Notes: generated by a model from the sequence alone, not told the origin. DNA of 33,010 bases from an uncultured Gemmatimonadales bacterium (GCA_964502985.1 CAZCZH010000005.1:1-33010); one strand, 5' to 3'; shown: positions 8,422-16,620, counted from the stretch's first letter. A program made the numbers and translations.

Positions 8422-9279
8422 ATGGAGCTGTGGAAAGCCCTCCGGCGGAACCGGCTGGCGCTGGCCGGCGCGGCCGTCGTCGCGCTGCTCGTCGTGGTCG
8501 GACTCGCCGGGCCGTGGGTCGCCCCTTACGACCCCTACCGGCAGGCCCTCGCCCAGAGCCTCGAGGGCCCCTCCTGGCGCCACTGGTTCGGCACCGATTC
8601 GTTCGGCCGCGACATCCTGTCGCGGGTCCTGTACGGAGCGCGGATCTCGCTCCTCGTGGCCGTCGTGTCGCAGGCCGTGTCGTTCGCCCTGGGGGTCGCG
8701 CTGGGGGTCGTCGCGGGTTACTACGGCGGGAAGGTCGAGAACCTGATCATGCGGCTGGCCGACGTCACCCTGGCCTTCCCGACCCTGCTCCTGCTGATCG
8801 CCATCACGGCCGCGTTCCGCCCGGGGCTGGGGCTCGTCTTCGTGGCCATCGGCGTGGTGGGCTGGGCCGGGCTGGCGCGGCTCGTCCGCTCGCAGGCCCT
8901 GGTCGTGCGCGAGCTGGACTACGTCCAGGCGGCGCGCGCCCTGGGTGTCGGCGATGTGCGGCTCCTGGCGCGCCACGTCCTGCCCAACTGCATCGCCCCT
9001 GCGATCATCGCCGTGACCCTCGGGATGGCCGGCGCGATCCTGCTCGAGGCGGCGCTGTCGTTCATCGGCCTGGGGGCCCAGCCGCCGACGCCGTCGTGGG
9101 GCGCGATGATCTCCGACGGCCGCGACTTCCTGCGCACGGCACCCTGGATCTCGCTCTTCCCGGGGCTGGCCATCGGGCTCGTCGTGCTCGGGTTCAACCT
9201 GTTCGGCGACGGGCTGCGCGACGCGATGGACCCCCGGCTCAGGGGCAGCGGCGGGGCGCCGGTGGCGCGTCCCGAGTAG
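8422..9279 (+). CDS. Peptide/nickel-type ABC transporter permease (DppC/OppC-like)
   Basis: ...PYDPY...HWFGTDSFGRDILSRVLYGARISL... is the characteristic DppC/OppC N-terminal region. It starts 21 nt after the preceding permease. Confidence 0.85.
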   Translation: MELWKALRRNRLALAGAAVVALLVVVGLAGPWVAPYDPYRQALAQSLEGPSWRHWFGTDSFGRDILSRVLYGARISLLVAVVSQAVSFALGVALGVVAGYYGGKVENLIMRLADVTLAFPTLLLLIAITAAFRPGLGLVFVAIGVVGWAGLARLVRSQALVVRELDYVQAARALGVGDVRLLARHVLPNCIAPAIIAVTLGMAGAILLEAALSFIGLGAQPPTPSWGAMISDGRDFLRTAPWISLFPGLAIGLVVLGFNLFGDGLRDAMDPRLRGSGGAPVARPE

Positions 9280-9288
9280 CAGGCGCGA

Positions 9289-9314
9289 CTTAACGATCCG
9301 CTCCCTCTACCGTC
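9289..9314 (+). promoter_or_regulatory. ECF-type promoter-like motif upstream of the ECF sigma gene: CTTAAC-16 nt-CGTC
   Basis: The AAC...CGT spacing resembles generic ECF promoters, and ECF sigma genes are commonly autoregulated. It lies 37 nt upstream of ATG 9351. Confidence 0.25.
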
Positions 9315-9350
9315 CAAAGGACGAGGGAGGGGACCCGAGACGGAGAGCGG

Positions 9351-9887
9351 ATGTCGGACGAAGATCTCGTTCGGCGGGCGCGCGGCGGGGACCAGGATGC
9401 GTTCGGGCGCCTCGTCGAGCTGCACCAGCCGAGGATCTACGCCACGCTGGCCAAGATGACCGGCGATCGGGACCTGGCCCTCGACCTGACCCAGGACGCG
9501 TTCATCCGCGCCTGGGAGAAGCTCGACGGCTTCGGCGGGCGGGCGGCGTTCTCGACCTGGCTGTACCGGATCGCCGTGCGACTGGCCTATGACGCGCTGG
9601 ACCGCCGGAAGCGGACCGTCGACGTCGAGGTCGACGCGGCGCTTCCCGACCCCGACCCGCCGCCCGATGCCCGCGCCGAGCGGCGCCTCGAGGCCGAGGA
9701 GCTGGAGCGCCGGATCGCGGAGCTTCCCGACCTGCAACGCGCGGTCGTCGTGTTGCGCGCGTGGGACGGGCTGCCGTACCGCGAGATCGCGCGCATCCTC
9801 GATACGACCGAAGGCAGCGCCCGGGTGTCGTTCCATCACGCCGTCACCCGGCTGCGCGAGACGTTCCTGGAGGCGAGAGACCGATGA
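9351..9887 (+). CDS. ECF-type RNA polymerase sigma factor
   Basis: Region 2 (DLTQDAFIRAWEKL..FSTWLYRIA) and region 4 (LPDLQRAVVVLRAWDGLPYREIARILDTTEGSARVSFHHAV). The stop overlaps the next start (ATGA). Confidence 0.85.
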   Translation: MSDEDLVRRARGGDQDAFGRLVELHQPRIYATLAKMTGDRDLALDLTQDAFIRAWEKLDGFGGRAAFSTWLYRIAVRLAYDALDRRKRTVDVEVDAALPDPDPPPDARAERRLEAEELERRIAELPDLQRAVVVLRAWDGLPYREIARILDTTEGSARVSFHHAVTRLRETFLEARDR

Positions 9888-10462
9888 CCGACCATCCCAC
9901 GACCGATCACCCGAGCGACGAGCGCCTGGTCGGGCGCCTGGACGGGGCGTCCGGCGACGCGGCGCTCGAGGCGCACCTGGCGGCGTGTCCGGCGTGCCAC
10001 GCCCGCGCCGCGGAGCTGGAGCGTCTGTGGACCGCGCTCCGCGCCGAGCCGCCGACCGTGACGCCGGAGGTCTTCGCCGCGCAGCGCGCGCGCATCCAGG
10101 CCACCCTGGCCCGGCGCTCGCCCACGGCCACGCCACACCGCCCGGCGTGGAGACGGACCGCCTGGGCGTCGCTCGCCGCCGCGGCCGTCGTAGCGGCGAT
10201 CCTCGTCCTCGTCCCGCGCGACCATCCCGGACTTTCCGTCCTGGCCCAGGCCGACTCGGCCGCCGCCCGCGCGGCCGCCACCATGACCCCTTCGAGCGGC
10301 GCGCTCGCCGACGATTCGATGGCCGAGGAGCCCGATCCCTGGAGCCTGGCGGCCGTGCCGGGCTACGAGTCGGCGCGCCTCGAAGAGTCGTTCTCCAACC
10401 TGTCGGAGGCCGACCGGGCCGCGATCCTGCGCGAGCTGGCCGAGGAGCCGAGCGAGCTGTGA
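9884..10462 (+). CDS. Zinc-binding (ZAS, HxxxCxxC) single-pass anti-sigma factor
   Basis: AHLAACPAC gives H-x3-C-x2-C. One TM helix (WASLAAAAVVAAILVLV) and an acidic C-terminal tail. Coupled to the sigma gene upstream and to the next gene by GTGA. Confidence 0.7.
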   Translation: MTDHPTTDHPSDERLVGRLDGASGDAALEAHLAACPACHARAAELERLWTALRAEPPTVTPEVFAAQRARIQATLARRSPTATPHRPAWRRTAWASLAAAAVVAAILVLVPRDHPGLSVLAQADSAAARAAATMTPSSGALADDSMAEEPDPWSLAAVPGYESARLEESFSNLSEADRAAILRELAEEPSEL

Positions 10463-11004
10463 CCCGTCGTGGGACCCGCATCGTGCTGAGCCGACTCGCC
10501 GTGGCGCTCGTCGCCGCCGTCGCGGTGACCGCGCCCGTCCGGGCCCAGGAGCCCGGGCCAGGGCGGCTGGAGGAGCTGCGCTTCCAGCGCATGCAGGAGG
10601 CGCTGCGATTGAACGACGCCCAGCTCGAGACCTTGCGCCAGACGATGGAACGGCGCCGTCAGGCGTACCGCCAGGCGATGGAGAGCCAGCGCCGGGCGAT
10701 GCAACGGCTCCAGACCGAGCTCCGCCGGGAGCACGTCGACGAGCGCGCCGTCGACCAGGCTCTGCGGGACATCGACGCCCAGCGCGACCTGCTCGAGCGA
10801 CTGCGTCAGGAGCAGGACCAGTCCCTGCGACGGGTCCTGACCCCCGAGCAGCGCGCGAAGTTCCTGCTCTTCAACCGGCGCTTCGACGAACGCCTGCGGC
10901 AACTCATGCGGGAGCGCGCCGGCCGCCGGGCGGCTCCCCGCGCCCGCCCTCCCGTGCGCCGGCCCCGCCGCGGGCCCGGCGCGGCCCCCGGGGATCGCGA
11001 CTGA
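10459..11004 (+). CDS. Periplasmic Spy/CpxP-family (LTxxQ) protein
   Basis: GTG start overlapping the anti-sigma stop. Signal peptide ...AVAVTAPVRAQE. Helical, R/Q/E-rich body with LNDAQLETL and LTPEQRAKF (LTxxQ-type) motifs. Confidence 0.6.
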   Translation: MTRRGTRIVLSRLAVALVAAVAVTAPVRAQEPGPGRLEELRFQRMQEALRLNDAQLETLRQTMERRRQAYRQAMESQRRAMQRLQTELRREHVDERAVDQALRDIDAQRDLLERLRQEQDQSLRRVLTPEQRAKFLLFNRRFDERLRQLMRERAGRRAAPRARPPVRRPRRGPGAAPGDRD

Positions 11005-11007
11005 GCC

Positions 11008-11871
11008 CTACTCCAGATGGATGATGCCGCCCACGACGAGCCGCGCGTCGTAGGCATCGGTCCCGGTCAGCGGGAATTGCACTCCCCCACCCCACTGCTG
11101 GCCATTGGCGAAGGCGTAGCGGAAGCCGAGGGTCGCCGAGACGATCGTGTCGTCCCCGCCCCCCTCCGCCTCCGGCTCCTCGTCCGAGACCCGCGTCGAG
11201 CCGTTGATCTCGAGCACCGGGATGAAGTTGCTCGACGTCCAGTAGGTGTACGCCGCGTTGTACACGACCGAGGCCTCGTCCGGAGCGTCGTTCAGGAACT
11301 CGCGGTCGTAGGTCAGCTCGCCCTGCAGGGCCGAGCGACGCTCGGGCCCGAAGCCCTTCCACACGAGGAGCGCCGGCTCCCAGCCCCAGCCGTCGATCCC
11401 GAGGCCCTTGTCCTCGTCGCCCGTCGGCAGCACGAATCCCGAGCGTGCGGTGACGATCAGAAGCCGCTCGACATCCGTCACGAGGGCCACCATCGGGGCG
11501 ACCTCGACATCGCCGAAGCCCGATTCGCCGTCGCCCTCGTCGGGATCGGTCTGGATGAACGCGCCCTCCACCTCGGCGCCGAGCCAGCGGTTGAACTGCC
11601 AGACCACCTCCAGCGACTCCTCGTACTCGTTCTCCCCCGCCGCGAGCGTCGCGTCGAATCGCGGATGGACCTTTCGCTCGAGATAGGCGTGATGGGTGAA
11701 GTACACGTCGACGAACTCGGGGAACCCGCCGTGGTGATGGGCGTGCTCCAGGTGACGCGGCTCGTTCTCGTGCTCTCCGTGCTCGTGCTCCTGGGCGAGT
11801 GCGGGGTGCCCCACGGCGATCAGCGCCGCCGCCAGTGGTACAACTAATCTTGTTACTCCATAGGTACCCAA
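11008..11871 (-). CDS. Putative outer-membrane beta-barrel protein with a His-rich N-terminal segment
   Basis: Signal peptide ...LIAVGHPALAQE, followed by HEHGEHENEPRHLEHAHHHGG. Alternating hydrophobic beta-strand pattern (TIVSATLGFRYAFANGQQWGGGVQF). TTG start with AGGAGGG 6 nt upstream. The C-terminus (IIHLE) has no terminal aromatic residue, so the OMP call is tentative. Confidence 0.5.
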   Translation of the reverse strand: MGTYGVTRLVVPLAAALIAVGHPALAQEHEHGEHENEPRHLEHAHHHGGFPEFVDVYFTHHAYLERKVHPRFDATLAAGENEYEESLEVVWQFNRWLGAEVEGAFIQTDPDEGDGESGFGDVEVAPMVALVTDVERLLIVTARSGFVLPTGDEDKGLGIDGWGWEPALLVWKGFGPERRSALQGELTYDREFLNDAPDEASVVYNAAYTYWTSSNFIPVLEINGSTRVSDEEPEAEGGGDDTIVSATLGFRYAFANGQQWGGGVQFPLTGTDAYDARLVVGGIIHLE

Positions 11872-12043
11872 GGAGATCCCTCCTCCCGCGAGATGTGACG
11901 TAGTCGACGCGGCCCGGATGGCCGAACGCGCCCTCGTCTATCGAGACGTGGAATAGAGGCGGGACGGGGGCGATTCGACGACCGGGTCCGTACCCGCGGG
12001 GGCCCTTCGGGTGCTGCCGCGCGCCGGGCCGGGACGCGTGACG

Positions 12044-12487
12044 TCACTCCTCGGGACGTCCGCCCCAGTGCTCGGCGAACGAGCGCATGCGCTGGCGCAG
12101 CTCGGGCTCGATCTGGCGCGGGCGCCCGGTCTTGCGATCGATCATCACCTGCACCGTGCGGCCGCGGGCCACTAGGCGATCGCTCTGCTCGTCGAACAGC
12201 TCGTAGTCCAGCACGAACGACGACGTCCCGATCTTCGACAGCCAGATTTCGACGCGGATCGTCTCGCGGATCGTCGCCGCCGAGACGTAGTCGCATTCGG
12301 TGCGGGCGACGACGAAGTCCAGGATGTCGTACGAGTAGTCGTGGTGCAGCTCCTGCCAGTACGCCGTGCGGGCCACCTCGAAGTACGTCAGGTAGACCGA
12401 GTTGTTGACGTGGCCCATGGGATCCAGGTCGCGGAAGCGGACCGGGATCTTGACGTGGAACCGCCGCGTGGTGGGATGCTTGCTCAC
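12044..12487 (-). CDS. Hotdog-fold acyl-CoA thioesterase (YbgC/4HBT family)
   Basis: VRFRDLDPMGHVNNSVYLTYFE is the catalytic Asp plus GHVNN signature of this family. GTG start. Confidence 0.8.
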   Translation of the reverse strand: MSKHPTTRRFHVKIPVRFRDLDPMGHVNNSVYLTYFEVARTAYWQELHHDYSYDILDFVVARTECDYVSAATIRETIRVEIWLSKIGTSSFVLDYELFDEQSDRLVARGRTVQVMIDRKTGRPRQIEPELRQRMRSFAEHWGGRPEE

Positions 12488-12568
12488 GGGGCGCGAAGTC
12501 TAATCGGGCGCGGCGGGGGGCGTCCATTCGCTGGTCCGGGCCGCCCGGCGTCGCTACGTTGGCCCGAC

Positions 12569-13768
12569 GTGTACGACGGGACCCCCCTCGAGCCGCTCGG
12601 CGGTCTCCTCGCCGCGGAGTTCCCGCGGCCCGACGACAGCGTCTACCTGAACACGGCCGCGCAGGGCCTCCTTCCGCTCCGCGCGATCGACGCCCTGCGC
12701 CGCTTCGACGCGGATCGCGGCTGGCCGTGCCGCGTCGACGACGACCGGCTGCTCGAGATCGAGACGACGTGCCGCGCGCGCCTGGCGGAGCTCGTCGGGG
12801 CTCCCGCGGCGAACGTCGGCCTGGCGGTCAACACGTCCGAAGGCCTCAACCTCGCGGCCCTCCAGCTTCCGTTGGAGACGGGCGATCGGGTCCTCGTTCC
12901 GCGCGGCGAGTTCCCGGCCAACGTGCATCCCTGGCTGGCGCTCGAGCGGCGCGGGATCGAGACCCGCTTCCTGGAGCCCACCGGTGCACATCTCTCGGCC
13001 GAGGAGGTCGCCGAGGCGCTCGACGCCGACCCGTCGATCCGCGGCGTGGCGCTGGCCCTGGTCCAGTTCTCGAACGGCCACCGGCATCCCGTCGAGGCCG
13101 TCGGCCGGGCGTGCCGCGAGCGCGGCGTGTGGCTGGCCGTCGACGCGATTCAGGGGATCGGCGCCGTGCCCGCCGCGTGGCCCGAGCTGTCGGCCGACGT
13201 CCTGGCGTGCGGCGGGCAGAAGTGGCTCTGCGCCCCGTGGGGCAGCGGGTTCTTCGTAGTATCCGACGCGCTGTGCGCTCGTTCCGCGCCGCGGCGGGCT
13301 GGCTGGCTCCAGGTGGCCGGCGCGCGGGACGACGGCTACGCGCAGCTGTGCGATTACCGGCACGAGTTTCCGGCCGACGCCACGCGCTTCGAGGTCGGCA
13401 CGTACGCCTACGGGCCGCTGCTGGGCCTGGCCGAAAGCGTCGGGCTTCTGCTGGAAGCCGGCGTCGAGCGCGTCGCGGCGCACGCCGGCGTCCTCCTCGA
13501 CCAGCTCGCCGCCGGGCTCGAGGCCCGCGGCGCGACCCTCGTCGGCTGCCGCGCCCCCGCCTGCCGCTCGAGCATCCTGTGCTTCCGGCTGGGAGACTCG
13601 GCGTCCTCCCGGGGGCTGCACCGCGGCCTGACCGAGGCCGGCGTCCGCTGCGCCTACCGCGAGGGGTCGATCCGCCTCTCCCCGCACCTGTACAACGTGC
13701 CGCACGATGTCGAGCGCACGCTGGACGCGATCGACGCCGCCCGGCCCGCCGCGGCGCGCTCCTCGTGA
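12569..13768 (+). CDS. Class V aminotransferase / cysteine-desulfurase-like PLP enzyme
   Basis: YLNTAAQG..., NTSEGLN, and ACGGQKWLCAPWGSGFF (candidate PLP-Lys). The GTG 12569 start was chosen because ATG 12476 would overlap the divergent thioesterase gene. The start is uncertain. Confidence 0.72.
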   Translation: MYDGTPLEPLGGLLAAEFPRPDDSVYLNTAAQGLLPLRAIDALRRFDADRGWPCRVDDDRLLEIETTCRARLAELVGAPAANVGLAVNTSEGLNLAALQLPLETGDRVLVPRGEFPANVHPWLALERRGIETRFLEPTGAHLSAEEVAEALDADPSIRGVALALVQFSNGHRHPVEAVGRACRERGVWLAVDAIQGIGAVPAAWPELSADVLACGGQKWLCAPWGSGFFVVSDALCARSAPRRAGWLQVAGARDDGYAQLCDYRHEFPADATRFEVGTYAYGPLLGLAESVGLLLEAGVERVAAHAGVLLDQLAAGLEARGATLVGCRAPACRSSILCFRLGDSASSRGLHRGLTEAGVRCAYREGSIRLSPHLYNVPHDVERTLDAIDAARPAAARSS

Positions 13769-15063
13769 ATCGGACGGCGCGACTCGCGATTGCGTTGCTC
13801 CTGGTGGCGGCCGGCGCCTCCCCGGCTCGGGCCCAGGCCTGGATGCGCTGGGAGCAGGATCCGCGCGGGATGGCCCTGGCCGGCGCGACCACGGCCAACG
13901 ACGGCCCGAGCGCCGCGTTCTACAACCCGGCCGGGCTGGCCTGGCTGTTCGGCACCGACGTGGAGGCCGTCGCGGCGGCCTCGGTACACGACGCGCGGCT
14001 GGTGGCCTTCGGCCGGGGCGCTTTCGACCGCGGCGTCGCCCCGGACGTGAACCCCGCGCTCTACGTGAGCCATACGCTGGCCCAGCGGGTGACGGGCGGG
14101 CTGGCGTTCAACGCCCCCTGGGGCCTGGCCGTCGACTGGCCCGAGCCGGCCGCTTTCGCCGGCCGGTTTCTGGCGACCCGCGCGCGGCTGGGATCGGTCG
14201 AGGCGCGTCCCGTCCTGGCGTGGCAACCGGCGCGCGTGCTGAGCGTCGGAGCGGGGGTCGAGGTGCTGCACGTGGTCTTCGACCTGGACCGGTTCGAGGA
14301 GGATCCCGCTCTCAGCGCGCTGGGCGGCGGTGGACCGATCGCCCTGGCCCGCTCGACCTTCGAGCTGGCCGGCAGCGCTATCGGCTGGAGCGCGGGGGCC
14401 CAGTTCCGACCGTCGGACCGCTTGACGGTCGGGGTAGCCGGGCGGGGGGAGATCGGCGTCTCCCTGGACGGCCGGGTCGACATGACGGTCGTCGCCCCGG
14501 CGGAGCTCCGCGAGGAGACGTTGCCGAGCGCGGACGGGACGATCGGCGAGTTTCTCGACCGGACCTACGTCGATCAGCCGGCGCGCACGTTCCTCGTCTT
14601 TCCGCGCGTGCTCTCGGTCGGCGCGAGCTGGGAGCCGCGACCCCGAGTGCGCCTCCTGGGCGATCTGCAATGGACCGGCTGGGGGGCGGCCGACTCGATC
14701 CGCCTGGCGTTCAGCGATCCGACTCTCGACCGCCAGATCCCGTTGAACTACGACGATACATGGGCCGTGCGCGTCGGCGGGGAATACCGCTGGAGCCCGC
14801 GGCTCGTCCTGCGCGCCGGCTACTCGATCCTGCCCAGCCCGGCCCCGTCGGGTGGCGTCACGCCGCTCGTCCCGGACGCCGATCGAAAGGCCGTGTCGGC
14901 GGGCGCCGGCATCCGCTGGGCGGATTTCGTCGTGGACGTCGGCTACCGCGCGGCGCTCCTCGACGACCGGCGGGGCGTGGTATTCCCCGGCAACCCGGGT
15001 TCCGACGGGATCTACGAGGCCGTCGAGCACCGGGTGAGCGTGGCCCTGCGCCGCCGCTTCTGA
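13765..15063 (+). CDS. FadL/TodX/OMPP1-family outer-membrane hydrophobic-compound channel
   Basis: GTG overlapping the upstream stop (GTGA). Signal peptide ...GASPARAQA. MALAGATTANDGPSAAFYNPAGLAWL is the family N-terminal signature. The protein ends in F. Confidence 0.8.
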   Translation: MNRTARLAIALLLVAAGASPARAQAWMRWEQDPRGMALAGATTANDGPSAAFYNPAGLAWLFGTDVEAVAAASVHDARLVAFGRGAFDRGVAPDVNPALYVSHTLAQRVTGGLAFNAPWGLAVDWPEPAAFAGRFLATRARLGSVEARPVLAWQPARVLSVGAGVEVLHVVFDLDRFEEDPALSALGGGGPIALARSTFELAGSAIGWSAGAQFRPSDRLTVGVAGRGEIGVSLDGRVDMTVVAPAELREETLPSADGTIGEFLDRTYVDQPARTFLVFPRVLSVGASWEPRPRVRLLGDLQWTGWGAADSIRLAFSDPTLDRQIPLNYDDTWAVRVGGEYRWSPRLVLRAGYSILPSPAPSGGVTPLVPDADRKAVSAGAGIRWADFVVDVGYRAALLDDRRGVVFPGNPGSDGIYEAVEHRVSVALRRRF

Positions 15064-15083
15064 CGTTTCGGCGGCGGCAGCGG

Positions 15084-15112
15084 TTGCTCGGTCCCGGCGC
15101 AGGTCCTATACT
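15084..15112 (+). promoter_or_regulatory. Candidate promoter giving a leaderless fur-family mRNA: TTGCTC-17 nt-TATACT-8 nt-ATG
   Basis: TATACT at 15107..15112 lies 8 nt before ATG 15121. There is no SD in the intervening cgatttcg. TTGCTC sits 17 nt upstream of the -10. Confidence 0.35.
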
Positions 15113-15120
15113 CGATTTCG

Positions 15121-15570
15121 ATGACCCTCTCGAAGGAACAGCAGGACGGATTCATCGCGCGCTGTCGGGCGGCCGGGCTGTCGGTCACGCATCAGCGGCT
15201 GGCGATCTTCGAAGCCGTGATGGCCAACTGCGATCGGCATCCGTCAGCGGAGATGATCTACCAGGACGTCCGCGAGCGGTATCCCACGATCTCGTTCAAC
15301 ACGATCTACAAGAACCTCGAAACCTTCGAGGAGCTGGGGATCGTGGTCAAGGTCAACCCGTTGTCCAACGAGGCGCGGTACGACGTGGACGTGCGACCCC
15401 ATCACCACCTGATCTGCCGGCAGTGCAAGACGATCATCGACGTCCACGACAAGAAGCTGGACACCCTGCCTCCCCCGGAAGAAGCCGACGACGGGTTCCA
15501 GGTCGAGAACTGGACCGTCCAGTTCACCGGCCTGTGCGCCGACTGCCAGACGGTAGCGGCCAGCCACTAG
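15121..15570 (+). CDS. Fur-family metalloregulator (Fur/PerR/Zur subtype undetermined)
   Basis: LSVTHQRLAIFEAV..., ISFNTIYKNLETFEELGIV (winged helix), and HHHLICRQC...CADC (two CxxC pairs). Confidence 0.85.
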   Translation: MTLSKEQQDGFIARCRAAGLSVTHQRLAIFEAVMANCDRHPSAEMIYQDVRERYPTISFNTIYKNLETFEELGIVVKVNPLSNEARYDVDVRPHHHLICRQCKTIIDVHDKKLDTLPPPEEADDGFQVENWTVQFTGLCADCQTVAASH

Positions 15571-15624
15571 GTCGGACGACCACCCGCGAAAACCAGCCAC
15601 CGGCTGTCCCCACCCGCGACGAGC

Positions 15625-15650
15625 GGAACCGATCGACTCCACGCGGCGTA
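15625..15650 (+). promoter_or_regulatory. ECF-type promoter-like motif upstream of the lipoprotein operon: GGAAC-17 nt-CGTA (overlaps a TATAAC hexamer)
   Basis: GGAAC at 15625..15629 and CGTATAAC from 15647, about 70 nt upstream of ATG 15718. Confidence 0.25.
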
Positions 15651-15717
15651 TAACCGTGCGGAGGCCGGCCGTCGTTCACTCCGCGGGCCCTCCGTGCCCG
15701 CCGAAAGGAGCCGCTCA

Positions 15718-16620
15718 ATGCCCCGTCCCCTGGTCGTCGTTTCCATCGGTTGTCTCGCGCTCGCGGCCGCGTGCGGCCGCGACGCCACCACCTCGCGATC
15801 GACCCCGCGAGTCGTCGTGCGCGGAGCCGACCCCGTCTCGCCTCCCGGAGACACGCGACGCGACGGAGTCGAGGTCGGGCCGCGCGAAGCGGCCCCGGAG
15901 ATCGTCATCCTGCCAGAGTCGAAGCCCGAGGAGACGACCCGCGTCGTCCGGCGAACGACTCCCGAGCCTCCGGCCGAGTCCCCCTCCCGGCAGGGGACGC
16001 AGGGAGACCTGACGGGGGCCGGCGCGGCCCTGCCGACTCCCCGCGAGGGCGGCTCGACCGAGGTGCTTCTGCCGGCGGAGAAGACCGCCCTGCGGGTCGC
16101 CGCCACGACGGCCATCTCGACCGACGAGAGCCGACCCGGCGATCCCGTCTCGGCGCGCGTGACGCAGCCGGTCGTCGTCGACGGCGAGGTCGTGATCCCC
16201 GAGGACTCGCGTGTCGAGGGACGCGTGACCCGGGTCGACCAGGGCGACTATCCGCTGCGCCGACCGTCGATCGACGTCGTGTACGACCGCATCGACACGC
16301 CGGACGGGCGCTCGATCCCGATCGACGCCCGCACCTCAGGTGAGGTCGGGACCGTGGTCCAGCACCCGCGCGGCGATCACGCCCGGATGCGCAACATCCT
16401 GCTCGGAGCGGGGGCGGGGGCCGGAGTCGGCGGCGCGACGGGGGGCAAGCGCGGGGCTCTGGCCGGGGCCATCGCCGGCGCCGCGATCGGGGCCGGGGTC
16501 GGGCACGGCGGCGTGGACTGGTGCTCGTCCGTCCGCCCGGGCGACGAGATGACGGTCATCTTCAACCGCGGCGCCGTCGTACCGCGCGGCCCGGTCATCA
16601 TGAACCTCAGCGCGCGATGA
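15718..16620 (+). CDS. Lipoprotein with a Pro/Arg-rich linker, a beta-rich domain and a C-terminal glycine-zipper
   Basis: Lipobox LALAAAC. AAAGGAG lies 7 nt upstream of ATG 15718. The C-terminus is LGAGAGAGVGGATGGKRGALAGAIAGAAIGAGVGHG. Confidence 0.6.
   Translation: MPRPLVVVSIGCLALAAACGRDATTSRSTPRVVVRGADPVSPPGDTRRDGVEVGPREAAPEIVILPESKPEETTRVVRRTTPEPPAESPSRQGTQGDLTGAGAALPTPREGGSTEVLLPAEKTALRVAATTAISTDESRPGDPVSARVTQPVVVDGEVVIPEDSRVEGRVTRVDQGDYPLRRPSIDVVYDRIDTPDGRSIPIDARTSGEVGTVVQHPRGDHARMRNILLGAGAGAGVGGATGGKRGALAGAIAGAAIGAGVGHGGVDWCSSVRPGDEMTVIFNRGAVVPRGPVIMNLSAR

Noticed and set aside
7335-9293. 652-aa plus-strand ORF and other very long alternative-frame ORFs (e.g. 8919-10592, 12846-13898, 13654-15030, 13707-15653, 19266-20603, 19783-21603, 22178-23449, 23587-25233, 25382-26395, 26281-27315, 27681-28865, 30689-32677, 31249-32562)
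   Set aside because: All are low-complexity Arg/Gly/Pro/Ala translations overlapping frames that have clear family motifs. Such stop-poor shadow ORFs are typical of high-GC DNA.
9301-9333. Hairpin CTCCCTC...GAGGGAG (with inner GTCC-AAA-GGAC) after the second ABC permease gene as an intrinsic terminator
   Set aside because: The stem is interrupted, there is no U-tract, and it overlaps the candidate promoter of the sigma gene. Too weak to call.
12476-12568. Earlier ATG start for the class V aminotransferase
   Set aside because: It would overlap the 5' end of the divergent thioesterase gene and add a Gly/Arg/Pro-rich leader. It is kept only as an alternative.
15064-15717. Search for a Fur box (GATAATGATAATCATTATC-like) near the Fur-family gene and its downstream operon
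   Set aside because: No AT-rich palindrome resembling a Fur/PerR/Zur box was seen by eye. The regulator's targets cannot be inferred from this window.
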